Assembly (NCBI GenBank): GCA_963775425.1
Contig: CAVZJB010000017.1
Span: forward strand, 32,001-96,000
Direction of reading: 5' to 3'
Source of the DNA: an uncultured delta proteobacterium
Lineage (GTDB): Bacteria; Myxococcota; UBA727; VGSZ01
DNA: 64,000 nt
The notes beneath the pieces are model-generated. The model made no database searches. It was given only the letters and a program-made list of their open reading frames with translations, and was not told where the DNA came from. Below are positions 32,150-39,931 of the stretch, one piece after another. The translations under genes were made by a program, and so were the position numbers. The first letter of the stretch is position 1, and each line of letters starts with the position of its first letter.

Positions 32150-32358
32150 GCGTGGCGCGCGAGCGCGGTCTCCCCCGAGCGCTCGGACACGTCACGGGGC
32201 GCATCGCGAGCGACACTCTCTCCGAGAGCCGCGCGTCCGTGATCGCGAGCCGCATCCGCCGCCCACGTGTCGTGCGCCGCGCTCCCCACCGTTGAAACCG
32301 AGCATGAAACGCCCCGGCCGCGCGGCCATTACAGGGCCCGGATCCATGGCGGCGCGCG

Positions 32359-33354
32359 TCACGCCGCGCCCGGCAGCGTCGACGGCAGGCCGAAGCGCGG
32401 CGCGTCGAACGGCCCGACGAACGCGTGCAGCGCGGCGGCCAGGCCGTCGTCGGCGAGCGTGAGCACCGTGAGGCCCGCGGGGTGGTACGCGCCGTCGCCG
32501 GCGCGGGCGTAGGTCGCGAACGCGGGGGCGCCGTTGGCCCGCGTGGGGACGCAGCGCACGTCGGCCATGAGCGGCGAGCGGAACAAGCCGTCGGCGAAGG
32601 CGCGCACGGCGTCGCGCCCGCGGATCCACAGCGGCATCGGCGGCATCGAGAACGCGGCGTCCGCGCGCAAGAGCGCGGCGAGGGCGCCGGCGTCGTGGGA
32701 CTCGAAGGCGCGCACGAACCTGTCGACGACGACGTCGCTCGCTTCCCGCGCCGTCGTCGTCGCGCGCTGCCCTGGCCCGCGGGCGCCCGCGGACGGCGCC
32801 GACGCGAGCGTCTCTCGCGCGCGCTGCAGAGCGCTGTTCACCGCCGGCACCGTCATCTCCAGCGCCGCGGCCGTCTCCTCCGCCGAGTAACCCGCGACGT
32901 CCTTGAGGATGAGCGCGCCTCGCTGCCGCGGCGGGAGCGTCTGCAGCGCCGCGAGGAACGCCAGGCGCACGCTCTCACGCGCGTCGATGACGGCCTCGGG
33001 CCCGGGCGCGTCGTCGACGAGGAGGTCGTCGGGGATGGGCTCGAGCCAGAGCGGCTCCGCCAACGGCGGCGGCGGCGGCGCGACGGGATCGCCGGGCTCG
33101 GTGGTCCACAGCGGCAGCGAGCGCGCCTTGCGCTTGTCGACGAGGTCGAGGCTCGTGCGCGTGGCGATGGTGTAGAGCCAGCGCCGGAACGAAGAGCGCC
33201 CCTCGAACGAGGCGAGCCCCTTCCACGCCCGCACCAGCGCCTCCTGCAACGCGTCGTCGGCGTCGGCGAGGGAGCCCGTGACGCGGTAGCAGTGCGCGAG
33301 CAGCTCGCGCCGATGGGGCTCGATGCGCGCCCGGAAGTCGGCCTGCGGATCCAC
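32359..33354 (-). CDS. ECF sigma factor with C-terminal SnoaL-like domain (SigG-like)
   Basis: HCYRVTGS..DADDALQE, WLYTIA, LPPRQR, VNSALQRAR, FSMPP, TRANG. Confidence 0.9.
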   Translation of the reverse strand: MDPQADFRARIEPHRRELLAHCYRVTGSLADADDALQEALVRAWKGLASFEGRSSFRRWLYTIATRTSLDLVDKRKARSLPLWTTEPGDPVAPPPPPLAEPLWLEPIPDDLLVDDAPGPEAVIDARESVRLAFLAALQTLPPRQRGALILKDVAGYSAEETAAALEMTVPAVNSALQRARETLASAPSAGARGPGQRATTTAREASDVVVDRFVRAFESHDAGALAALLRADAAFSMPPMPLWIRGRDAVRAFADGLFRSPLMADVRCVPTRANGAPAFATYARAGDGAYHPAGLTVLTLADDGLAAALHAFVGPFDAPRFGLPSTLPGAA

Positions 33355-33426
33355 GCCGCATCTGTCGCCGCCCCCGGGCGCGGCGTCAACCGGTGCGCGT
33401 CAGCGACCGGACGGAGCGGCCGCGCA

Positions 33427-34026
33427 CTACGGCGACGACGCGTCGACGGAGGCGCTCGCGTTCAGCACCTCGTGGGCGTCGTGGCCGCAGATGGTGCCGG
33501 AGTATTCGATGTCGACGTTGCTCTTGAACTCGTCGCCGGGGGCCTGGCCGGCGGCGGCGTTGACGTGGCCGACGACGTCGATATCGCACGTGCCGTTGGT
33601 GTCGCCGGACGACGTCACCGAGCCCTGGTACACGGTGCGCACCGCGATGGCGGCGCCGGTGTCGCTCGAGCCGGCGTCGACGGCGGCGGCGTAGTGCAGC
33701 TCGCCGTCGAGGGTGTTGTCGTCGGGCTGGCAGGCGTCGTAGCGCACGTCGTAGCCGAAGAGCGCGTTGACCGTGTTCACCAGGGAGTCGTCGACGTCGA
33801 GCTTGGCCGTGAGCGAGGCCGTGCCGCTCTTTGCGCAGTCGACGTCGAAGTCGAAGCTCGCGGTGAGCGCCTGGGACTGCGACCCCGGCGACCCGGTCCT
33901 GCCGAGGCTCCTCTGCACGCTGCCCCAGAGCCTCTGGGTGCCGGCGTCGTCGACGCCGCAGCCGGCGCCGAGAGCGGTGGTGACGATGACGGCGGTGGCG
34001 AGCGAGAACATCACGGTGCGCTTCAT
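33427..34026 (-). CDS. Putative lipoprotein
   Basis: GAGG RBS; GAGC lipobox; beta-rich with several Cys. Confidence 0.7.
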   Translation of the reverse strand: MKRTVMFSLATAVIVTTALGAGCGVDDAGTQRLWGSVQRSLGRTGSPGSQSQALTASFDFDVDCAKSGTASLTAKLDVDDSLVNTVNALFGYDVRYDACQPDDNTLDGELHYAAAVDAGSSDTGAAIAVRTVYQGSVTSSGDTNGTCDIDVVGHVNAAAGQAPGDEFKSNVDIEYSGTICGHDAHEVLNASASVDASSP

Positions 34027-34163
34027 GGATCCCTCCTCGGGAGACCGGCGACCGTAGGCGCGCTCTGCGACGACGTGGGTCGGTCGATTGACGGATGGGG
34101 GCCGTGTGACCCGCGCACGCCGGTCGAGGTCCCACGGCGCAGGCCCCCGCGGCACCTACGCGC

Positions 34164-35225
34164 ATGAATACACCGCGCGTCTTTCTCGCCACGCTCGTCC
34201 TCCTCCCGCTCGCCGGCGCCTGCGGCCCGGGGCCGGCGCCGCGCGCCGACGGGCTCCTCCCGGTGGTCTCGAACGCCGAGATCGTCCTGATGGCGCCGAC
34301 CACCGACGACGTCGGGCCGCCCGGGGCCGACGCCCCGAGCGACCTCGTGGCGATGAACCTCGACGGGACGAACCGCACGCAGCTCACCCACGACGACGCG
34401 CTCGAATTCCTGCCGCACTTCTCGCCCGACGGGACGAAGGTGCTCTACACCAAGTTCGAGACGGGCACGTACGGGACGCAGCACGCCGTCACCGACGCCG
34501 CCGTCTACGACTTCGCCACCGACAGCGAGGCGCTGTTGACCAGCCGCGGCGACGTCATGCAGCCGGTGTGGTCGCCGGACGGGTCGACCATCGCCTTCGT
34601 GGTGCCGGGCGCCCCGCGCTCGGAGCTGTGGCTGATGGACGCCGACGGCGCGAGCCCGCGCCGCATCGCTGCGTCGACGGGCGCGGACGACGATCGGATC
34701 TGGGGCGACATCGCGTGGTCGAGCGACGATTGGATCCTCTTCGTCGTCGGCGAGCAGCCAGGCGGTCCGTGCTTCAAGGTGCGCATGGACAAGATCCGCC
34801 CCGACGGCACCGAGCGCACGCGCGTGACGGACGGCGGGCCGAGCTGCACCCCGGACGGCTTCGAGCAGTCCGGGGACGCCGACCCCGGCTTCTCCGCCGA
34901 CGGCGCGACGATCTACACGTCGCGCGGCCTGCCGCAGCCGCCCGCCGGCGGCGCGGCGCCGATGACGGAGCGGAAGCTCATCGCGCTGTCGAGCGATCCG
35001 TGGACGCCGCAGAAGGTGGAGACCGACCTGAGCCTGCCTTCGGAGCCCGACTGCATCGAGGGCGTGCCGAAGGGCTCTCCCGACGGCGCGCGCATCCTCG
35101 AGCTCCGCGCGTGCTTCGACCGCCCCGGCTTCGACGCGGGCGTCTACGTCGCCCCCGCCGACGGCGCGACGCGGACGTTCGTGGCGCACGGCTTCGGCGC
35201 CGACTGGAACCCCGCCGCGCCCTGA
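34164..35225 (+). CDS. TolB-like (PD40) beta-propeller lipoprotein
   Basis: AGAC lipobox; repeats PHFSPDG, PVWSPDG, FSADG, GSPDG. Confidence 0.85.
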   Translation: MNTPRVFLATLVLLPLAGACGPGPAPRADGLLPVVSNAEIVLMAPTTDDVGPPGADAPSDLVAMNLDGTNRTQLTHDDALEFLPHFSPDGTKVLYTKFETGTYGTQHAVTDAAVYDFATDSEALLTSRGDVMQPVWSPDGSTIAFVVPGAPRSELWLMDADGASPRRIAASTGADDDRIWGDIAWSSDDWILFVVGEQPGGPCFKVRMDKIRPDGTERTRVTDGGPSCTPDGFEQSGDADPGFSADGATIYTSRGLPQPPAGGAAPMTERKLIALSSDPWTPQKVETDLSLPSEPDCIEGVPKGSPDGARILELRACFDRPGFDAGVYVAPADGATRTFVAHGFGADWNPAAP

Positions 35226-35257
35226 ACACGGCGCGCAATCCGGCCACGGCGACGCGC

Positions 35258-35330
35258 AGACATTCGCGGCGGGGCACGACGTCGTCGTCGACGACAAACA
35301 TCGTGCCGCCGTGAACGTCGTCACGCCGCT
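35258..35330. repeat. 73-bp hairpin-forming direct repeat, copy 1
   Basis: AGACATTCGCGGCGGGGCACGACGTCGTCGTC...CCGCCGTGAACGTCGTCACGCCGCT; second copy at 35649-35721. Confidence 0.9.
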
Positions 35331-35416
35331 GAGCTCAAAGGGTGACGCGCAACGTGATCCGTCGGCGCCGGCGCCTCGGCGCGGCACGGGCAGTCCATTC
35401 GCGACGTCGGCGACGA

Positions 35417-35482
35417 CCCGGCGGGGCTTCACGTCGGCTGCGTCGACGCCCCGGCGGGGCTTGACGTCGGCTGCGTCGACGC
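35417..35482. repeat. 33-bp tandem repeat x2
   Basis: CCCGGCGGGGCTT(C/G)ACGTCGGCTGCGTCGACGC twice. Confidence 0.9.
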
Positions 35483-35485
35483 CCC

Positions 35486-35573
35486 GTAGGGCGGGGGCTT
35501 GTCCCCCGTGTCGGAAGGCCAGGCGCGGACGTCGCCGGTGCCGTCCGACGCGCCCCATAAGGGGGCGCCCTAC
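35486..35573. repeat. GTAG-type REP doublet (REPIN-like)
   Basis: GTAGGGCG-GGGGCTTGTCCCCCG ... CGCCCCATAAGGGGG-CGCCCTAC: inverted GTAG ends, each with a short hairpin. Confidence 0.7.
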
Positions 35574-35648
35574 GTGCCGATGCCTGGCGCCTCGACGACG
35601 GCGGCGGCCGTCGCCCCGATGCGGGAAGGCGCCGCAGGCGCGCGGCGT

Positions 35649-35721
35649 AGACATTCGCGGCGGGGCACGACGTCGTCGTCAGCGACGAACGCCGTCCCGC
35701 CGTGAATGTCGTCACGCCGCT
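35649..35721. repeat. 73-bp hairpin-forming direct repeat, copy 2
   Basis: Near-identical to 35258-35330; stem GACATTCGCGGCGGG / CCCGCCGTGAATGTC. Confidence 0.9.
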
Positions 35722-35725
35722 CAAA

Positions 35726-36625
35726 TCAGTTGAAGGCGTAGCACTCGCCGTCGCCGGTGGACGGGTCGTAGCCGCAGAAGATGCCGTGGTCGCTGCCGCT
35801 CTCGTTGTCGATGGTGAAGACGAGCGGATAGTCAGACGTAAGACCGTCGGGATCGTCCTCGCCCTTCAACAGGGCGCGCATGGGCAACCAGGCGGCGCGG
35901 GCGTCGCGGATCTCCTGGGTGGAGGAGCCCCAGTCGCGCATGTCGGGCTTGAAGTCGCTGTCGAAGAATTCGAGCGCCTTCTGCTTCACCGCCCGGTAGG
36001 TGGCGTCGGAGAACGGCGCAGGCGCCACGATGGTGCGCCCGTCGATGGTCTTCACGAAGGCGTCGCCGGAGAAGACGTTGCTGTCGATCTTGAGCTTGAA
36101 GCCGCCCTCCGCGGCGCTGACGTCCTTCAGCTCGACGCGCGCGGCGCGGGCGAGCCCGAAGTCGTTCACGAGGGTGTCCATCACCGCGGCCTTCTCCGCG
36201 TCCGGCAGCGCCGACGGCGACGGCGGCGACGGCGGGACCTTGCCGTCGAGGACGATGCGCTTGCCGGTGATGAGCTCGTAGGCCTTGGCGGCGCGCTGGG
36301 CGGTCTCCCCGTCGACGCCCTGGAGCCGCTTGATCTCGTCCCGCGACAGGAGCGCCTTGCCCGCGCCCGTGGTCTGGTTGATGCGCGCGATGTTGCGCTT
36401 GACGACCTCGAGCGCGGCGTCGGCGGCCTCCTTGGGCACCACGTGCTTGCCGGAGCCGCTGCGCATCCGCACCGCCTCGTCCCCCTCCTTGAGGAGGGCG
36501 GAGTCCAGGTTCTTGGCCTCCGCCTTGGACAGGAACGCGTCGCCGGCGGCGGTCTTGGCGTCCTTGAGGAGGCCTGCCGAAATGGTCGTGAGGACGGTGT
36601 CGAGACGGGCGCGTGTGGTCGTCAT
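35726..36625 (-). CDS. Hypothetical protein
   Basis: Strong coding-like codon bias; duplicated LSxxE motif (FLSKAEAKNL, LLSRDEIKRL), Pro linker, acidic C-terminal domain. Confidence 0.8.
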   Translation of the reverse strand: MTTTRARLDTVLTTISAGLLKDAKTAAGDAFLSKAEAKNLDSALLKEGDEAVRMRSGSGKHVVPKEAADAALEVVKRNIARINQTTGAGKALLSRDEIKRLQGVDGETAQRAAKAYELITGKRIVLDGKVPPSPPSPSALPDAEKAAVMDTLVNDFGLARAARVELKDVSAAEGGFKLKIDSNVFSGDAFVKTIDGRTIVAPAPFSDATYRAVKQKALEFFDSDFKPDMRDWGSSTQEIRDARAAWLPMRALLKGEDDPDGLTSDYPLVFTIDNESGSDHGIFCGYDPSTGDGECYAFN

Positions 36626-36706
36626 GGGCGGTGTATCGGGCAATCCCGCGGCGAAGGTGCGAGATGTAGGACACAGGACCGAGACGGCCGACTATGCTGC
36701 GCCGCC

Positions 36707-38248
36707 ATGAAGATCCTCCTCGTCCAGCCGGCCCCGTTCGAGCCGGGCCGGCTCGGCCTCGAAAACGCATGTTGGCTGTCAGAGCCCGCCGCGCTCACGT
36801 CTCTCGCGGCCATGGTGCCCGAGCATGCGTGCGTCATCCTCGACATGCGCCTCGAGGAGGACGGGGCGTTCAACCGCACGCTCCTCGAATTCCGCCCGGA
36901 CGTGGTGGCGGCGACCTCGATGACCACCGACTGCTACCAGGCCAAGGCGCTGCTCGCCTGCGCCAAGGGCACGCTCGGCGACGGCGTGTTCACCATCGTC
37001 GGCGGCCACCACCCCACGCTCGCGCCCGCCGACTTCGAGGACGCGTGCGTCGACGCCATCTGCCTCGGCGAGGGCGAGGACACCTTCAAGGAGCTGGTGG
37101 ACCACCTCGCCGCGGGCCGCCCGCGGGACGCCCTCGACGACGTCGCCGGCCTGCGCTTCTTCGGCGCCGACGGCGCGTGGCGCACGACGCACAAGCGCGC
37201 CCAGTCCCGCGACCTCGACTCCTTCCCGCTCCCGCGCCGCGACCTCATCGCCAAGTACAGCGGCAGCTACTTCTTCATGAACGCGCGCCCCATGGCGTCG
37301 CTGTCGACGTCGCGCGGCTGCAGCTACGACTGCAACTTCTGTGCGATCTGGGAGTTCTACGAGAAGAAGACGCGCTTCCTCTCGGCCAGCAGGACGTGCG
37401 ATGCCCTCGAGACCATCGACGAGCCGTTCGTCATGTTCCTCGACGACAACTTCCTCACGCACCGCACGCGGCTCCTCGACTTGTGCGACGAGATCGAGCG
37501 GCGCGGCATCAAGAAGCTCTGGGGCACGCAAGGCCGCACCGACTTCGTCGTCAAGAACCCCGACGTGATGGCGCGCCTGCGCAAGGCGGGGCTCACGCTG
37601 CTCATCTCGGGCTACGAGACCAACGACGACCAGGGCCTCGCCGCGCTCAAGAAGGGAAACGCCGGCGACACCAACAAGTTGGCAGCCAAGATCCTGGGCG
37701 ACCTCGGCGTGCTGCAGTTCGGCATCTTCATGGTGCGGCCGGACTTCAGCCATGCGGACTTCGACTTCATGTACCGCTCCATCGATGAGATGGGCATCTG
37801 CTTCCCCATCGTCACGGTGCACACGCCCCTGCCCGGCACCCAGCTCCGGCGCGCGCTGCAAGACGAGCTGTTGACCGAGGACGTGCGGCTCTTCAATCTG
37901 CTCCACGCGGTGCGCCCGACGAGGCTGCCGCGCCGCGAGTTCTACCACCGGCTCACGGAGACCTACCGCCGGCCATGGCTGAGCAAGGCCACGCTCAAGA
38001 CGCTGCTGCGGCGGCCGGACTTCCTGCGCCTGGCGCTGCCGGCCACCATCAAGTGGGCCAAGATGATCGCCGCCTATCACCCCGTGATGACGTCGGCGGA
38101 GAGCCACCTGCGCGACGAGATCGGCATCATCCCGGAGGACCTCGTCGCGGACAACGCGCCCGAGCGCGCGCGCGACGACGCCCCGCTGCGCCGGCGTGGA
38201 GCGCTGCCGATCGTCGACGCCGTCGATGTCAGGGGGGCCGCCGAATGA
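36707..38248 (+). CDS. Cobalamin-dependent radical SAM protein 1 (HpnR-like features)
   Basis: N-terminal B12-binding region (VGGHHPT, LGEGE); SRGCSYDCNFC; DDNF; TPLPGT; LFNLLHAVRPTRLP..EFY. Confidence 0.9.
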   Translation: MKILLVQPAPFEPGRLGLENACWLSEPAALTSLAAMVPEHACVILDMRLEEDGAFNRTLLEFRPDVVAATSMTTDCYQAKALLACAKGTLGDGVFTIVGGHHPTLAPADFEDACVDAICLGEGEDTFKELVDHLAAGRPRDALDDVAGLRFFGADGAWRTTHKRAQSRDLDSFPLPRRDLIAKYSGSYFFMNARPMASLSTSRGCSYDCNFCAIWEFYEKKTRFLSASRTCDALETIDEPFVMFLDDNFLTHRTRLLDLCDEIERRGIKKLWGTQGRTDFVVKNPDVMARLRKAGLTLLISGYETNDDQGLAALKKGNAGDTNKLAAKILGDLGVLQFGIFMVRPDFSHADFDFMYRSIDEMGICFPIVTVHTPLPGTQLRRALQDELLTEDVRLFNLLHAVRPTRLPRREFYHRLTETYRRPWLSKATLKTLLRRPDFLRLALPATIKWAKMIAAYHPVMTSAESHLRDEIGIIPEDLVADNAPERARDDAPLRRRGALPIVDAVDVRGAAE

Positions 38249-39021
38249 ACGCCGCCGACTTCCTCGCCGCCCTCCGCAACGAGGTGGAGAGCCACCCGGC
38301 CGTCAACCACATGTTCCTCTGCCGGCTCGCGCACGTGCCCTTCACGCGCGAGGACTATCTGGTGACGGGGCAGCAGCACTACCCGCTCGTCGGGACGTTC
38401 ACGCGTTACCTCGAGGAGCTCTTGCTGCGGGCGCCGTCGTCGGAGGCCAAGAGCTGGATCGCCAAGGTGCTCGTCGACGAATACGGCGAGGGCTCCGAGG
38501 GCAAGGACCACCGCACGCTGTACCGCGAGTACCTCGTGGCCGCCGGCCTGCGCGGCGACACCGAGATGGACATCACGCTGCACCCGGACGTGCCCGGGTT
38601 CATCCTCGAGCACCTGCGCATCTGCCGAGAGGAGCCGTTCCTCGTCGGGCTCGGGGCCGTGGGCCCCGGCCACGAGTGGACCATCCCCAAGATGTTCCCG
38701 CCCATCATCAAGGGCCTGCGGCGCGCGGGCTTCCGCGAGGAAGAGATCCGGTACTTCACGCTGCACACGCTGCAGGACGTCGACCACGGCCGTTGGCTCG
38801 AGGAGGCGCTCCTGACGTTCGCGACGACGGCGGACGCGCGCGCAGAGATCCGCCGGGGCGCGTTGCTGTCGTTGGCGGCGCGCGAGCGCTTCTGGTCCGG
38901 CGTGCAGGACAAGGTCACGCGCTGGCGCCAACCGAACAACGCCCACATCCGGCCCCAGGCGCGCAAGGACATCCGCGCCGACATCACCCTCCGCGCGCTC
39001 CGGGATCGGATCGCCGTGTGA
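38245..39021 (+). CDS. Heme-oxygenase-like diiron enzyme (HDO; CADD/PqqC/TenA fold)
   Basis: HPAVNH; LVDEYGEG..KDH; GHE; YFTLHTLQDVDH; ATGA overlap with the upstream gene. Confidence 0.85.
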   Translation: MNAADFLAALRNEVESHPAVNHMFLCRLAHVPFTREDYLVTGQQHYPLVGTFTRYLEELLLRAPSSEAKSWIAKVLVDEYGEGSEGKDHRTLYREYLVAAGLRGDTEMDITLHPDVPGFILEHLRICREEPFLVGLGAVGPGHEWTIPKMFPPIIKGLRRAGFREEEIRYFTLHTLQDVDHGRWLEEALLTFATTADARAEIRRGALLSLAARERFWSGVQDKVTRWRQPNNAHIRPQARKDIRADITLRALRDRIAV

Positions 39022-39070
39022 GGCGCCGTGACGTCATCCGGGGCGCCCCCGGCGTCGTCGCCGGTGACGC

Positions 39071-39931
39071 TTGAAGAGGCGCGACGTGCTCCAGGGCGCC
39101 GCGGGTGTCGTCGTCGCTGCCGCGGCAGGCTGCGCGACGACGACGTCAACCGCCGCGGCGCGAGGAGGCCGCGACGACGTCCCGGTGCGGCGGGAGCGCG
39201 AGCCGCGCGACGGCGTGGTGCACATCGGCAACTCCACGCACCTCATCGTCCTCGACGGGCTGCACATCCTCACGGACCCGTGGGTGCGAGACCCGGCCGA
39301 CGCCGTCCTCCTGCATCGGGTCCCCGCCGCGCCGCTCCCGATCCACCCCGACGTCGTCCTCGTCACCCACGAGCACGAGGATCACTTCGACGAGGCGGCG
39401 CTCGCGCTCGTCGACAAAGGCGCCACCGTGGTGCTCCCCTCGTGGCTCGAGGCGCGCGCCCGCGCGCTCGGGTTCACCGACGTGCGCGGTATGAACCCGG
39501 GTGACGTCGCCGCCGACGTCCGCGGCCTGAAGCTCGAGGCCGTGCGCGCGCTCCACGACGTCGACGAGGTCGCGTTCCGCTTCGAGCGCGCCGGCCGCGC
39601 CGTCTTCTTCGGTGGCGACACCCTCCCCACGCGCGAGATCCTCGAGCTCGCCATTCGCGCGCCCGTCGACCTCGCCGTCCTCCCCGGCGACGGCGGCGCG
39701 CTCCTCGGCGAGCGCTGGGTGATGAGCCCCGCCGAGGCCGTGCGTATGGCCGAAGAATTCTCCGTGCGCGCGCCGGGCCGGGGGGCGCTGCTCACGCACC
39801 ACGAGTGCAGCGTGTCGTTCCCCTGGGGCGCCATCGTCGACGTCAAACCGCCCAACCCTGCCGACTTCCCGCCCTGGTTCCACATCCCCGTCCCCGGCGA
39901 GCGGGTGCCGTTTCCATGGAGCACTGCATGA
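39071..39931 (+). CDS. Tat-exported MBL-fold metallo-hydrolase (probable lipoprotein)
   Basis: KRRDVL twin-Arg, AAGC; LTDPW, THEHEDH, GGDT, THH. Confidence 0.85.
   Translation: MKRRDVLQGAAGVVVAAAAGCATTTSTAAARGGRDDVPVRREREPRDGVVHIGNSTHLIVLDGLHILTDPWVRDPADAVLLHRVPAAPLPIHPDVVLVTHEHEDHFDEAALALVDKGATVVLPSWLEARARALGFTDVRGMNPGDVAADVRGLKLEAVRALHDVDEVAFRFERAGRAVFFGGDTLPTREILELAIRAPVDLAVLPGDGGALLGERWVMSPAEAVRMAEEFSVRAPGRGALLTHHECSVSFPWGAIVDVKPPNPADFPPWFHIPVPGERVPFPWSTA

Noticed and set aside
32290-34163. Autoregulatory ECF promoter near the SigG-like gene
   Set aside because: Partial motifs (TGAAAC, GTCACA) lack convincing spacing or orientation.
35258-35721. Possible CRISPR array
   Set aside because: Only two long repeats 391 bp apart, no regular unique spacers, no cas genes in the window.
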